A DNA stretch of 63,320 bases, filler included, from Octopus bimaculoides (Eukaryota), in assembly GCF_001194135.2 (NCBI RefSeq). It is 5 parts of 5 records of this genome, joined end to end, with 100 filler letters (N's around TTAATTAATTAA, not from the genome) between each part and the next. Parts side by side here need not be neighbours in the genome. Positions count along the whole stretch, not along the records: positions 1 to 14,637 come from NC_069004.1; 4 more parts are not named here. One strand, given 5' to 3'. This document shows positions 1 through 10,404 of this stretch, one piece after another (within the stretch, counting starts at the first letter, position 1; every line of letters starts with the position of its first letter). Below the pieces are notes generated by a model that searched no databases, was not told the DNA's origin, and saw only the letters and a program-made list of their open reading frames with translations. The translations under genes were made by a program, and so were the position numbers.

Positions 1-64
1 ATATATATTGCGGAGATGTACTTGCATAGCAAATGACCTGATCTGAGATTGTGTGCTGGAACGA

Positions 65-355
65 AAACAATTGCAGTGTGGAAGGCGTTTATAAGCCATT
101 TAAAATAACACACAAAATCCGTTAGATTCACTTCAACATTTAAATTTAATTTGTCGAAATATTTTCGTCGCTTTGAGACCGCAACCTGTTCACTGACAAA
201 ATTCTGTGCTGCACAGAATTTTGTCAGTGAACAGGTTGCAGTTTCAAAGCGACGAAAATATTTCGACAAATTAAATTTAAATGTTGAAGTGAATCTAACG
301 GATTTTGTGTGTTATTTTAAATGGCTTATAAACACCTTCCACGCTGCAATTGTTT
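65..355. repeat. 291-bp near-perfect palindrome (145-bp arms, 1-nt loop at 210), probably a foldback repeat element
   Basis: Positions i and 420-i are complementary except four pairs (77/343, 86/334, 177/243, 180/240). (TA)n lies at the window start and right after the 3' arm. Confidence 0.93.
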
Positions 356-1314
356 ATATATATATATAATTGAAAAAGTTTGTTATAGGTATAAAGATAC
401 CATAAACAAGTATGAAAATGGAGAAAAGATATTAAAATCAAAATTGGATTTAATACATATGAACATTTCAAAAGACAATATAAATATGTAAGAAAAAATT
501 ATTGTAATTACCCCATCTGTTTTTTCTTATTGACTTTTATTAATAACTTTTTTGATGTTCTTCCTTAAATTCTTCACACTGATGAGAATGACAATGCACA
601 ACTTTAATTATAATTATTATTATCATAATTTTTTTCTTACATATTTGTATTGTCTTTTGAAACGTTCATATGTATTAAATCCAATTTTAATTTTAATATC
701 TTTTCTCCATTTTTATACTTGTTTATGGTATCTTTATACCTATAACGAACTTTTTCAATTGTTATTTTCATATTCTTACTACTTGCTCTGGCTGATTTTT
801 TATGAATATGATGAATTTTTATTGGAAATTATTTTCTCCCTTTTTGGATTCCTCAAAAAGTTTGAATTGTTCTATTTGAACTTATTTGTCTCTCTTTCTC
901 TCTCTCTCTCTCATACACACACACCACACACACACACACACACACACCATATGTAATGCTAAAACACCTTTCAGACTGCAAAATTTGATAAAATAGGAAT
1001 AAAATTTTGGAAATTTGTTCTTTCTGTGAGGCCCCAAATAATCCTTGACCTGGTACTCATTCACGGACTAGTTGTTAGGGACCCCTGAGATAAAGGATAC
1101 ACATAAGTATATAATTTATGACTACCAAATTCCATTCACACAGTATTGGTCAACTGAGGGCTAAATTGGTATATACTAGCCTTGGATGCCACAGAGTGGG
1201 ATCGAGCCCAGAACCATGTAGTTACAAAGTAAATTTCTTAACCACACAGCTTGCATCTGTTTTGTATTAATTTTGAAATGAGTTTCATTCAGTAATGTAT
1301 TTCTTTGATTTCAG

Positions 1315-1383
1315 GTTGTCATTGCTAGCCTGATGTGTTCCTTCAATAAAGAAGATTGGCAGAAGTTAGCAAAAAGGGCACAA
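1315..1383 (+). CDS. DPYD: DPYD internal exon (VVIASLMCSFNKEDWQKLAKRAQ), FMN TIM-barrel domain
   Basis: Flanked by tttcag and gtaaga; 69 nt, phase 0/0. The translation matches remembered human DPYD ([21 protein letters not shown]) and the length equals human exon 15 as recalled. Confidence 0.93.
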
Positions 1384-1621
1384 GTAAGATTTAGTGTCTT
1401 ATTTATCTTTAACCATTTATATATTGGGCTGGTGCATAATTAACAGGCGTTTTTTTTTTTGTTGTAAATTAAAATTAAATTAGAAAATAGTTAATAATAC
1501 ACCAACCCAATATTTGTGATCATGCAATATCTATAGATATCTTGTGCTATACTATGTTAAGTAGTTGGTGCTATAAATATTTTGTGCTAACATCATACCA
1601 CATGTAACATTTCATGCTACA

Positions 1622-2010
1622 TGTAATATTCATCATCATCATCATCCTTTAGCATCTGCTTTCCATGCTGGCATAGGTTAGACAGTTTGACTGAAGCTGG
1701 TAAGCTGGAGGGCTGCATCAGATTCCAATCTGATTTCGCAGGGTTTCTATGGCTGAATGCCCTTCTTGATGCCAACCACTCCAAGAGTGTAATGGGTGCT
1801 TTTCATGTACCACCAGCATGGGTACAAGTTACATGTCGCCAGCATTGGCCATGACTACAATTTCACTTGGCTTGAAGAGTTTTCTCAAGCATGGCATATC
1901 GCCAAAGGTCTCGGTCACTTACCATTGCCTCTGTGAGACCCAATGTTCGAACGGTGATTTTATGTGCCACTGACATGGGTACCAGTTATGTGACACTGGC
2001 ATCGGCCATG
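1622..2010 (-). mobile_element. Family C SINE-related repeat in a DPYD intron
   Basis: (CAT)n tail and catgctggcat...ttccttcttgatgccaaccact; the adjacent block is shared with 12590-12790. Confidence 0.7.
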
Positions 2011-2034
2011 ACTGTTATTGATTTCAAATTTTGG

Positions 2035-2231
2035 CACAAGATCAGCAAGTTTCAGGGAGAGATTAAGTCAGTTACATTGCCCCTAGTGTTCAACTGGTAC
2101 TTAAATCGACCCTGAAAGGGATGAAAGGCAAAGTCAACCTTAGCAGAATTTGAACTCAGAATGTAAAGATATACAAAATGCTGTTAAGCATTTTACCTGG
2201 CATACTAACAGTTCTGTCAGCTTGCCACCTT
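2035..2231 (-). mobile_element. SINE family B copy, CpG-decayed
   Basis: gaaagggatgaaaggcaaagtcaaccttagcagaatttgaactcagaa is the reverse complement of the family B core. Confidence 0.78.
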
Positions 2232-2485
2232 AATACAATATATAATATTGCTTATTATATATACAATATTATTATATATACAATATATAATATTGCTTAT
2301 TACAAGTAATAGTATACAGCATGTAATATCTCATACTACATCGCATGTAGTATCCTTATCACATGTATGATCTTTATCACATGTAATATCTCATGCCAAA
2401 TTCAATACATGTAATATGCTATACGTAATATATATCACATGTTACATGTAATATATACCACATGTTTTTATTCTTTCCTTATCAG

Positions 2486-2569
2486 GAAGCTGGAGCTAAT
2501 GCAATAGAATTGAATCTGTCCTGTCCCCACGGAATGGGAGAAGTCAATATGGGACTTGCATGTGGAACA
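2486..2569 (+). CDS. DPYD: DPYD exon with the catalytic Cys loop ([28 protein letters not shown])
   Basis: Flanked by atcag and gtaagt; 84 nt. The [11 protein letters not shown] motif contains the catalytic Cys (TGT at 2522-2524, equivalent to human C671). Confidence 0.96.
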
Positions 2570-2679
2570 GTAAGTCTGTGATTATATTTCTGTATTTTCA
2601 TCTTTATCTTTTACTTATTTCAGTCATTAGACTGTGGCCATGCTGGGGCACCACCTTGATGCAAAGGGCCACAGAAATA

Positions 2680-2960
2680 TCCATGCTAGGAATACCATTA
2701 CGAAAGCATATTTGAAATGAGATAATTTGAGAACAGAATAGAGTGAATGATGTCATTGAAGAGTACCAAAAACACAATTTCCACTGGGTTGGACATGTCA
2801 CAAGGTTCACAGACAACAGGTGAGCCCATGCTGAGGGGTGTCCAAAAGACTGAAAAATACCACTTGGAAGCCTCCATGATTTAGTTAAGCAATTTGGGTG
2901 AAGATGGAAAAGAATGGTGTAATCAAGACAGAATTGGAAGTGCACTGTGACCAGCAGTGT
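2680..2960 (+). mobile_element. RTE-type LINE 3' fragment
   Basis: HWVGHVTRFTDNR followed by a decayed GRPP/RW region. Confidence 0.6.
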
Positions 2961-3141
2961 ATAACAGCATTTGATAGTCTGGTTGATATTGTGATAATAT
3001 TACTATAAAATTTTATTTTATCCCTCTCTCCTACAAGTTCAGTTCCAAGAATGGTTGTTTTTTTACCTTTATTTCAGTGGTGGCTAAATTGACAATATTA
3101 ACAAAATCATAAGAAATTCTTTATTTGTATGTTTATAAATA

Positions 3142-3302
3142 GGCGTAGGAGTAGCTGTATGGTAAGTAGCTTGCTTACGAACCACATGGTTCTGGGTTCA
3201 GTCCCACTGCGTGGCACCTTGGGCAAGTGTCTTCTACTATAGCCTCGGGCCAACCAAAGCCTTGTGGGTGGATTTGGTAGATGGGAACTGAAAGAAGCCC
3301 GT

Positions 3303-3353
<51 letters not shown>

Positions 3354-3562
3354 ATATATGTTTGTGTGTCGGTGTTTGTCCCCCCAACATCGCTTGACAA
3401 CCACTCCTGGTATGTTTATGTCCCCATCACTAAGTGGTTCAGCAAGAGAGACCGATAGAATAAGTACTAGGCTTACAAAAAATAAGTCCTGGGGTCGATT
3501 TGCTCGACTAAAGGCGGTGCTCCAGCATGGCCACAGTCAAATGACTGAAACGAGTAAAAGAG
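3142..3562 (+). mobile_element. tRNA-derived SINE, family A (CORE-like ccttgggcaag block, internal (TA)n(TG)n, 3' tail ggtgctccagcatggcc...gtaaaaga)
   Basis: B-box-like GGTTCAGTCCC. Further copies in the window near 9155-9537 (-), 54721-55017 (+) and 60040-60240 (-), with partial copies near 1130-1250, 8100-8270 and 45180-45270. Confidence 0.85.
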
Positions 3563-3599
3563 TTATGTATTTCTTTTGTAAGATTCTCAATGTAAAAAC

Positions 3600-3645
3600 G
3601 TAGTGTGGCCAAGTGGTCTAAGGTGGTGGTTTTAGGCACCAGTCT
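3600..3645 (+). pseudogene. 5' half of tRNA-Leu(UAG), truncated at the variable arm
   Basis: gtagtgtggccaagtggtctaaggtggtggttttaggcaccagtc aligns to the eukaryotic tRNA-Leu consensus; anticodon TAG at 3633-3635 in a tggt/acca stem; no T arm. Confidence 0.85.
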
Positions 3646-3649
3646 TTTT

Positions 3650-3724
3650 TCCTTGGTAATATAGTGGTAAGTATCCCTATCTGTCATGTGGGAGACCAGG
3701 GTTTGATTCCCTGCTGGGGAGCCA
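3650..3724 (+). pseudogene. Full-length decayed tRNA-Asp(GUC) ending in CCA
   Basis: 72 nt collinear with the tRNA-Asp consensus; anticodon GTC at 3683-3685; most differences are CpG to TpG/CpA; B box decayed (GGTTTGATTCC); CCA at 3722-3724. Confidence 0.88.
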
Positions 3725-4127
3725 TTAATGCTGTTTTGAAAGGTGGTGCTCCAGCATGGCCCTGGCTTTCGGGTGAAACCAGTAAAAGATAAAGATATTT
3801 GGGGATGGTCATCTTCTGCCAAGCAAACACATGCATTATTTGATCTTTACTTTAGTTTTATTATTGTTTTTTTTTAGTTTATTTATCCATCAAAGTTCTT
3901 TTGTCACACATACTGCGAAGCTCTTCAGTTATTGTATAACACAGAAGGACAAAATGGAATAAAGAGAACAAGAGGAGACACATAGGCAGGAGAGTTGCTG
4001 AAGAGGTCACAGAACGTATTGAAAGAACTTTGACGGACGAATAAACTAATTAAATAATAATACTAATAAAACTTGATATATTTATCGAAATGAGACTTGT
4101 CTTAACTACTTTTTTAATCCATGCTAG

Positions 4128-4248
4128 GTTCCAGAAACAGTAAAACAAATCAGCAAATGGCTGAAAGAAGCAGTTTCAATCCCAGTCTTTCCTAAACTGA
4201 CACCAAATGTCACTGACATAGCCTTGATTGCAGAAGCAGCTAAAGAAG
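4128..4248 (+). CDS. DPYD: DPYD exon ([41 protein letters not shown])
   Basis: Flanked by ctag and gtaac; 121 nt, phase 0/1. Contains the FMN-binding KLTPNVT motif. Confidence 0.95.
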
Positions 4249-4964
4249 GTAACATAATACCTCCTCCTCCTCCTCATCATCATCATCATTTATTACTGTC
4301 ATTGTCATCACCATCATTATTGTCTATTTCATCTTCATCATTGTCATCCTCACAAATCCAAAATATCACTTCATCATCATCATTATTTAACGTGTGTTTT
4401 CCATGGATTGGATGACTTCATAGGTGATGGCCAGCTGAAGAGCTACCCAAGCTCCATGTCTGTTTTAGCATGGCTTCTATGGCTGAATGCCCTTCCTAAT
4501 GCCAACCACTTTAGAGAGTGTACTGGCTGCTTTTATGCAGCACTTCAATGTCTTCGTTATCTTCATCTTCATCATTATTTTTATTGTTATTCAAGTCTGG
4601 TGGGCAACCTTCAACATTTTTATATTTAAAAGGGTTTTTCAATCCAATATTTACATGCTATTTATAGAACTATGGCACATAGACTGTGGAGCTCTTCAGT
4701 GACTGTATACCACAGAAGGACAAAATGGAATAAGCAGAACAAAAGAATTATTTCACATTCTTTCAAAAGTTTATACATCCTTACATACAAAAATGCATGC
4801 ATACATACACACACACATGTACATACTTATAACACCTTACCACTTAGCTTTTAATTTTCTTTGTTGTTTGTACTCTGTGCAAGTTTGGTTTTAAAATATA
4901 AATATCTATATTTTTATACCTATTCATTCATCATCAGAAAATCTTAAGTCTTTGCTTTCTTTCT

Positions 4965-5004
<40 letters not shown>

Positions 5005-5978
5005 NNNNNNNNNNNNNNNNNNNNNNNNNNNNNNNNNNNNNNNNNNNNNNNNNNNNNNNNNNNNNNNNNNNNNNNNNNNNNNNNNNNNNNNNNNNNNNNN
5101 NNNNNNNNNNNNNNNNNNNNNNNNNNNNNNNNNNNNNNNNNNNNNNNNNNNNNNNNNNNNNNNNNNNNNNNNNNNNNNNNNNNNNNNNNNNNNNNNNNNN
5201 NNNNNNNNNNNNNNNNNNNNNNNNNNNNNNNNNNNNNNNNNNNNNNNNNNNNNNNNNNNNNNNNNNNNNNNNNNNNNNNNNNNNNNNNNNNNNNNNNNNN
5301 NNNNNNNNNNNNNNNNNNNNNNNNNNNNNNNNNNNNNNNNNNNNNNNNNNNNNNNNNNNNNNNNNNNNNNNNNNNNNNNNNNNNNNNNNNNNNNNNNNNN
5401 NNNNNNNNNNNNNNNNNNNNNNNNNNNNNNNNNNNNNNNNNNNNNNNNNNNNNNNNNNNNNNNNNNNNNNNNNNNNNNNNNNNNNNNNNNNNNNNNNNNN
5501 NNNNNNNNNNNNNNNNNNNNNNNNNNNNNNNNNNNNNNNNNNNNNNNNNNNNNNNNNNNNNNNNNNNNNNNNNNNNNNNNNNNNNNNNNNNNNNNNNNNN
5601 NNNNNNNNNNNNNNNNNNNNNNNNNNNNNNNNNNNNNNNNNNNNNNNNNNNNNNNNNNNNNNNNNNNNNNNNNNNNNNNNNNNNNNNNNNNNNNNNNNNN
5701 NNNNNNNNNNNNNNNNNNNNNNNNNNNNNNNNNNNNNNNNNNNNNNNNNNNNNNNNNNNNNNNNNNNNNNNNNNNNNNNNNNNNNNNNNNNNNNNNNNNN
5801 NNNNNNNNNNNNNNNNNNNNNNNNNNNNNNNNNNNNNNNNNNNNNNNNNNNNNNNNNNNNNNNNNNNNNNNNNNNNNNNNNNNNNNNNNNNNNNNNNNNN
5901 NNNNNNNNNNNNNNNNNNNNNNNNNNNNNNNNNNNNNNNNNNNNNNNNNNNNNNNNNNNNNNNNNNNNNNNNNNNNNN

Positions 5979-6284
5979 ACAGCCTGCTCGTGAAATTAAC
6001 GTGCAAGTGGCTGAGCACTCCACAGACACGTGTACCCTTAACGCAATTCTCGGGGAGATTCAGTGTGACAAGGCTGGCCCCTTTGAAATACAGGTACAAC
6101 AGAAAGAGGAAGAGAAAGTTGTGGTGGAAGAGTATAGCAGGGTTCGCCACCATCCCCTGCCGGAGCCTTGTGGAGCTTTAGGTGTTTTCGCTCAATAAAC
6201 ACTCACAACGCCCAGTCGAGGAATCGAAACTGCGATCCTATGACCGCGAGTCCGCTGCCCTAACCACTGGGCCATTGCACCTCC
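5979..6284 (-). mobile_element. tRNA-derived SINE, family D (head ggaggtgcaatggcccagtggttagggcagcggac)
   Basis: A box TGGCCCAGTGG and B box GTTTCGATTCC on the minus strand; runs into the N gap. Confidence 0.75.
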
Positions 6285-6559
6285 TTTGCCAAGTAGCTAC
6301 ATTAGATACCTTTCCTAATCATTGGTAAAATGGTTCTAGTATTCTTTCTTGGGTATATGTAAGATCTATAAGAACAACAGTTGTCAAAATCCCAATGTTA
6401 TATATATATATATGTATATATATATCTGATCATTTATAGAGATGAGTATCACACGTAATTAACATTGGAGCCACATTCAGAAACACCAGTAATAGTGTAA
6501 TATAAATGTTTTCTTGTCATCCATCATCTTACTATTAAAAAATACTAATAAAAATACAG

Positions 6560-7300
6560 TTCCTCTGCTTGTCTTTCAAACATTTAATTTTGGAGAGAAT
6601 TTTTTGATGAAGTGTAGCTCCATTGCATTTTGGAATTTTGGGTCATCTCTTGAACCTTTGTAAGAGGGAAAGATTTTGAACTTTCGTTCACTGCATATTT
6701 CTAGATGCTTGTTCAGTGGAATCTTGCAGAATTTGTTTGTGGATTCTTGCATGTTGGCAGAGGGAATCATTTGTTTTGCCAATGTAATATTCCTTTCAGT
6801 TGGGGCAAGTAATACAGTATATGAGATTCTGCATCTAAGCCGTTGTTGCATGTTCCATATTTGTTATCTCCGCATTCTTTTATGTAGAATTCTGATTTAT
6901 TCTCTGATGTGAACTTGGCTCTTGTGAGATGTTTTTTGAGATTTCTTGGTTGGCGTCAACTGTTTCATAAGGGGTTTAGTATCAATCAGATCTTTCATTT
7001 TGGGACTTTGTAGAAGTATAGGTAGGTTTGATTTTTTTGGTGTGAAAGACGCTGGCTACCCCAGGATTGTGCGTATTAATACATGGAATTGTCTGTTCAT
7101 TAATTTTTTGGTTTGGTGTCCTTAGTTGTGCGATGCTCAGCTTCATTGCCTTTTTAATTCTCTCATTAATTGTAAGGGGTATTTCTGCTTTGTTAGGAAG
7201 TCTTTGAGCTCATTGAATCAGATCTGACACATTTTGGGGGTAAATCACTATATATTGAAGTGGCTATGAACATTACTTGTTAGTACAGCTACTGCATCGA
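6560..7300 (-). mobile_element. Penelope-like element fragment (RT linker plus GIY-YIG endonuclease), decayed
   Basis: The minus strand reads RQPRNLKKHLTRAKF, LIYCITCPN*KEYYIGKTN and KFKIFPSYK...ELHFIKKFSPKLNV (ORF 6576..6851), with frameshifts and stops. Confidence 0.8.
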
Positions 7301-7623
7301 TCTCTTAGAGAGATTTTAGAACTAGCATTTTTGCTTATATATATATTTTGTATATCACACCCAAGCTGTTATATTTAATTTGTTTATCCACATAATTGCC
7401 ACCATATCTGCTCACCTTGATTTCTCTTACAGCCACTCTTTACCCCATAGAATTGGTCCCTCATAAAGACATCGGAGTCCTAAGTTCAAATCATTTAAGC
7501 ACTAAAAAGTGTTTTCTTTACTGAGAATCTCTGAATCTCATTTGTTGACTAAATACATATTGACTTATATTTTCCTCATCATCTGAACATTTCCCTTCAC
7601 CCTTTGCGATATCTCTGTTGTAG

Positions 7624-7886
7624 GAAACGCTGATGGTGTCACTGCAACCAACACAGTTTCTGGATTAATGGGCATCAAACCAGATGGTACTCCATGGGCA
7701 GCTGTTGGTAAGAAGAGAACCACAACATATGGTGGTGTGTCTGGTAATGCCATCAGACCAATTGCACTGAAAGCTGTTGGTTCCATTAGTAAAAAGCTTC
7801 CAAAGTTTCCTGTAATGGCCACTGGTGGCATTGATAGTGCTGAAGTTGGACTCCAGTTTCTGATGGCTGGTGCTTCTGTTCTACAG
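7624..7886 (+). CDS. DPYD: DPYD exon ([24 protein letters not shown]...[23 protein letters not shown])
   Basis: Flanked by tgtag and gtgcgt; 263 nt, phase 1/0. Contains the ATNT, YGGVSG and ATGGIDSA motifs and overlaps ORF 7668..7931. Confidence 0.96.
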
Positions 7887-9029
7887 GTGCGTAAATTATA
7901 TTTTTACCTAGCTACATACATTTCTGTTTGAATGTGCCTGCCATGTATGCGTGTGTGTATATATATATGTCTGTTTGTCTGTACGCACCTACCTGTCTGC
8001 CTGTATGTGTGTTGTGTGTTGTGTGTTTCATTGTGTGTGACATAGTATTTTGGGCATTAGACTCATAATTGTAATTTGTGGGCTCATTTCCTAAACCAGT
8101 CGGTGTCAATGTTAGAAACATATTGACACACATACACATACATATGACGGGCTTCCATACAGTCTCCATCCACTAAATTTCATTCAGAAAGCATCAATCA
8201 ACTTCTGACACTTACTCAAAGGGTCACATAATATAACCAAACCCCAAACTATTTGATTGTGAAGCAGATTTTTTGACTACAAAACAGCCATATANNNNNN
8301 NNNNNNNNNNNNNNNNNNNNNNNNNNNNNNNNNNNNNNNNNNNNNNNNNNNNNNNNNNNNNNNNNNNNNNNNNNNNNNNNNNNNNNNNNNNNNNTTAAAA
8401 AATATATTTCTAGATAGAGATTGAAACCTCTACCTTCATACAAGTTTGTTAGTTAAATTACTAACACCTTTACCCATTAGGCCATCAAACCAACACCTGA
8501 GAAACAACTTAAAAATGAGATATGTAAATCTTTTTTTATTACTGATTTAATGCTGTGGTAGATTTAATTATCTTGTTTTCCACAGAAATTAACAGATAAA
8601 TAAGCAGTGATAGGACATCCTGCATAATCTGCTAGTGGATTCAAGTCAGACCAGAGTGATAAGTGGAGATTGAAACTTGCAATGCTATTGAACTAATTAT
8701 AAATACCTTTCTTCAGAAGGTCGTCTCTGCAGTAACAAGAACAAACTTAAAAATGAGATATTTATTTAAATCTATTCTCAATAATGATCTGATGCTGTGT
8801 TATTTTTTGCTAAGTACTTCTCCTGCAGTTGCCTTCTTAAGAAGAGAGCATCAGTAGTGCTTTGCCCTGGCACAAAACCAAACTGCATCTCACTCAGTGT
8901 GTCCATATAAAACTGACATTATAAGGAATTTGTTACAATCTGTTAATTACATCAACTTTAAATTCTAATATTAACACTTCTAAATTATATTGATATTATT
9001 TTTTAATTCTGTTCTCCTACCCCCTGCAG

Positions 9030-9141
9030 GATTTGTGCATCAACTGTGGAAAGTGTTACATGGTGTGCAACGACTCTGGATATCAAGCAATAACTTTTGA
9101 CTCTGTGACTCACAAAGCTCATGTTACAGATAACTGTACAG
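9030..9141 (+). CDS. DPYD: DPYD exon, first C-terminal 4Fe-4S motif ([38 protein letters not shown])
   Basis: Flanked by ccctgcag and gtaagt; 112 nt, phase 0/1. CxxCxxCxxxC motif. Confidence 0.95.
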
Positions 9142-9154
9142 GTAAGTGGAATAT

Positions 9155-9537
9155 TCTTTTACTTGTTTTGGTCATTTGACTATGGCCATGCTGGAGCACT
9201 GCCTTCAATGGTTTTTAGTCAAATGAATCAACCCCGGGACTTATTTTTTAAGCCTAGTACCTATTCTATCAGTCTCTTTTGCCAAACCGCTAAGTTACAG
9301 GGATGTAAACACACTAAGACAAGCAGTGACGAGGGGACAAACAAACACAAAGACACACACACTTACACACATGACAGGCGTCTTTCAATTTCCATCTACC
9401 AAATTCACTCTCAAGGCTTTGGTTGGCCTGGAGCTATAGTAGAAGACACTTGCCCATGCTGCCACACAGTGGGACTGAACCCAGAACCATGTGGTTAGGA
9501 AGCAAGCTTTTTACCACACAGCCATATCTGTGCCTAC
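9155..9537 (-). mobile_element. SINE family A copy
   Basis: Reverse complement of the 3142-3562 element along its length. Confidence 0.82.
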
Positions 9538-9689
9538 ATAAACTTTTTGGGTCTGACACTCTCTCTTCTGTGAATGTGACTGGTTTGATGAGGTGTGTTT
9601 GATGTCTGATGTAGAGGCATGTGACTATGTTGTTGTAGTTGTGTAATCCCAATGTGTGACACACATATCCATCTTCTTAGTTATGTATC

Positions 9690-9900
9690 GTTCAAATTTA
9701 AGGAAAACAAAAGACGAAGACCAGTGAGGGAACAAACGAGTGGGTGTATTAGTTTGATGCTTGGGAAGAATGGAAAAGTTTTTGACATTTCGAGCCTATG
9801 TTCTTGAGCAGAAGGAATTGAGAGAAAAAAAAAAAATGGAGAGAGACCAACAAAGAAAAAACAGAAAGAAAAAATGTGTAGAGATTAATGGTTCAACATG
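9690..9900 (-). mobile_element. Probable Penelope-type terminal repeat with a decayed hammerhead-like core
   Basis: The minus strand reads ctgctcaagaacataggctcgaaatgtc, resembling CUGAxGA-stemII-GAAAC; the core is mutated. Confidence 0.35.
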
Positions 9901-10404
9901 ATGATAGACGACATGCCAGAGGTATTTGGGCCTGCAGGGCCCTGTTAGGGTCTCAGCTATGGGTTAAGTAGCATATAACTATCTGAACCAAGGTACATTG
10001 AAATCATAGGAACACAGGATGGTGGATGCAAACTATTTCAGCAAGTGAATTTATTGAGTTAATGACGAGTATCACTAGATGCTGAGCAGATGAACAGACA
10101 ACAAACTGTTGTGTAGATGAGATATTTCAGCTAATGAGAGACCAATGTGACTAAAAACCTAAGTCAGACATTAATGCCTCATCACTCGATTGGGACATTG
10201 GTGTGAAAGAGTCACATTGATCCAAATAAGTCGCCCAACATGGCTGGATGACACACCAGCTGTTTTTTCTAATATTTACCAAACTGGTCCCATGTAAAAA
10301 GTACCCAGCACACTCTGTAAAGTGGTTGGTATTATGAAGGGTATCCAACCATAGAAATCAAGCCAAATCAGATTAGAGTCTGGTGCAGCTCTCCTGCTTG
10401 CCAG

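Noticed and set aside
3650-3724. Functional tRNA-Asp gene
   Set aside because: Stems and the B box are disrupted by CpG decay and there is no terminator T run after it; called as a pseudogene instead.
8663-8857. ORF with VVSAV, resembling the missing DPYD VCSA segment
   Set aside because: No further similarity (no QNQDF or GLKALLYL), and it lies inside a non-coding tandem duplication.
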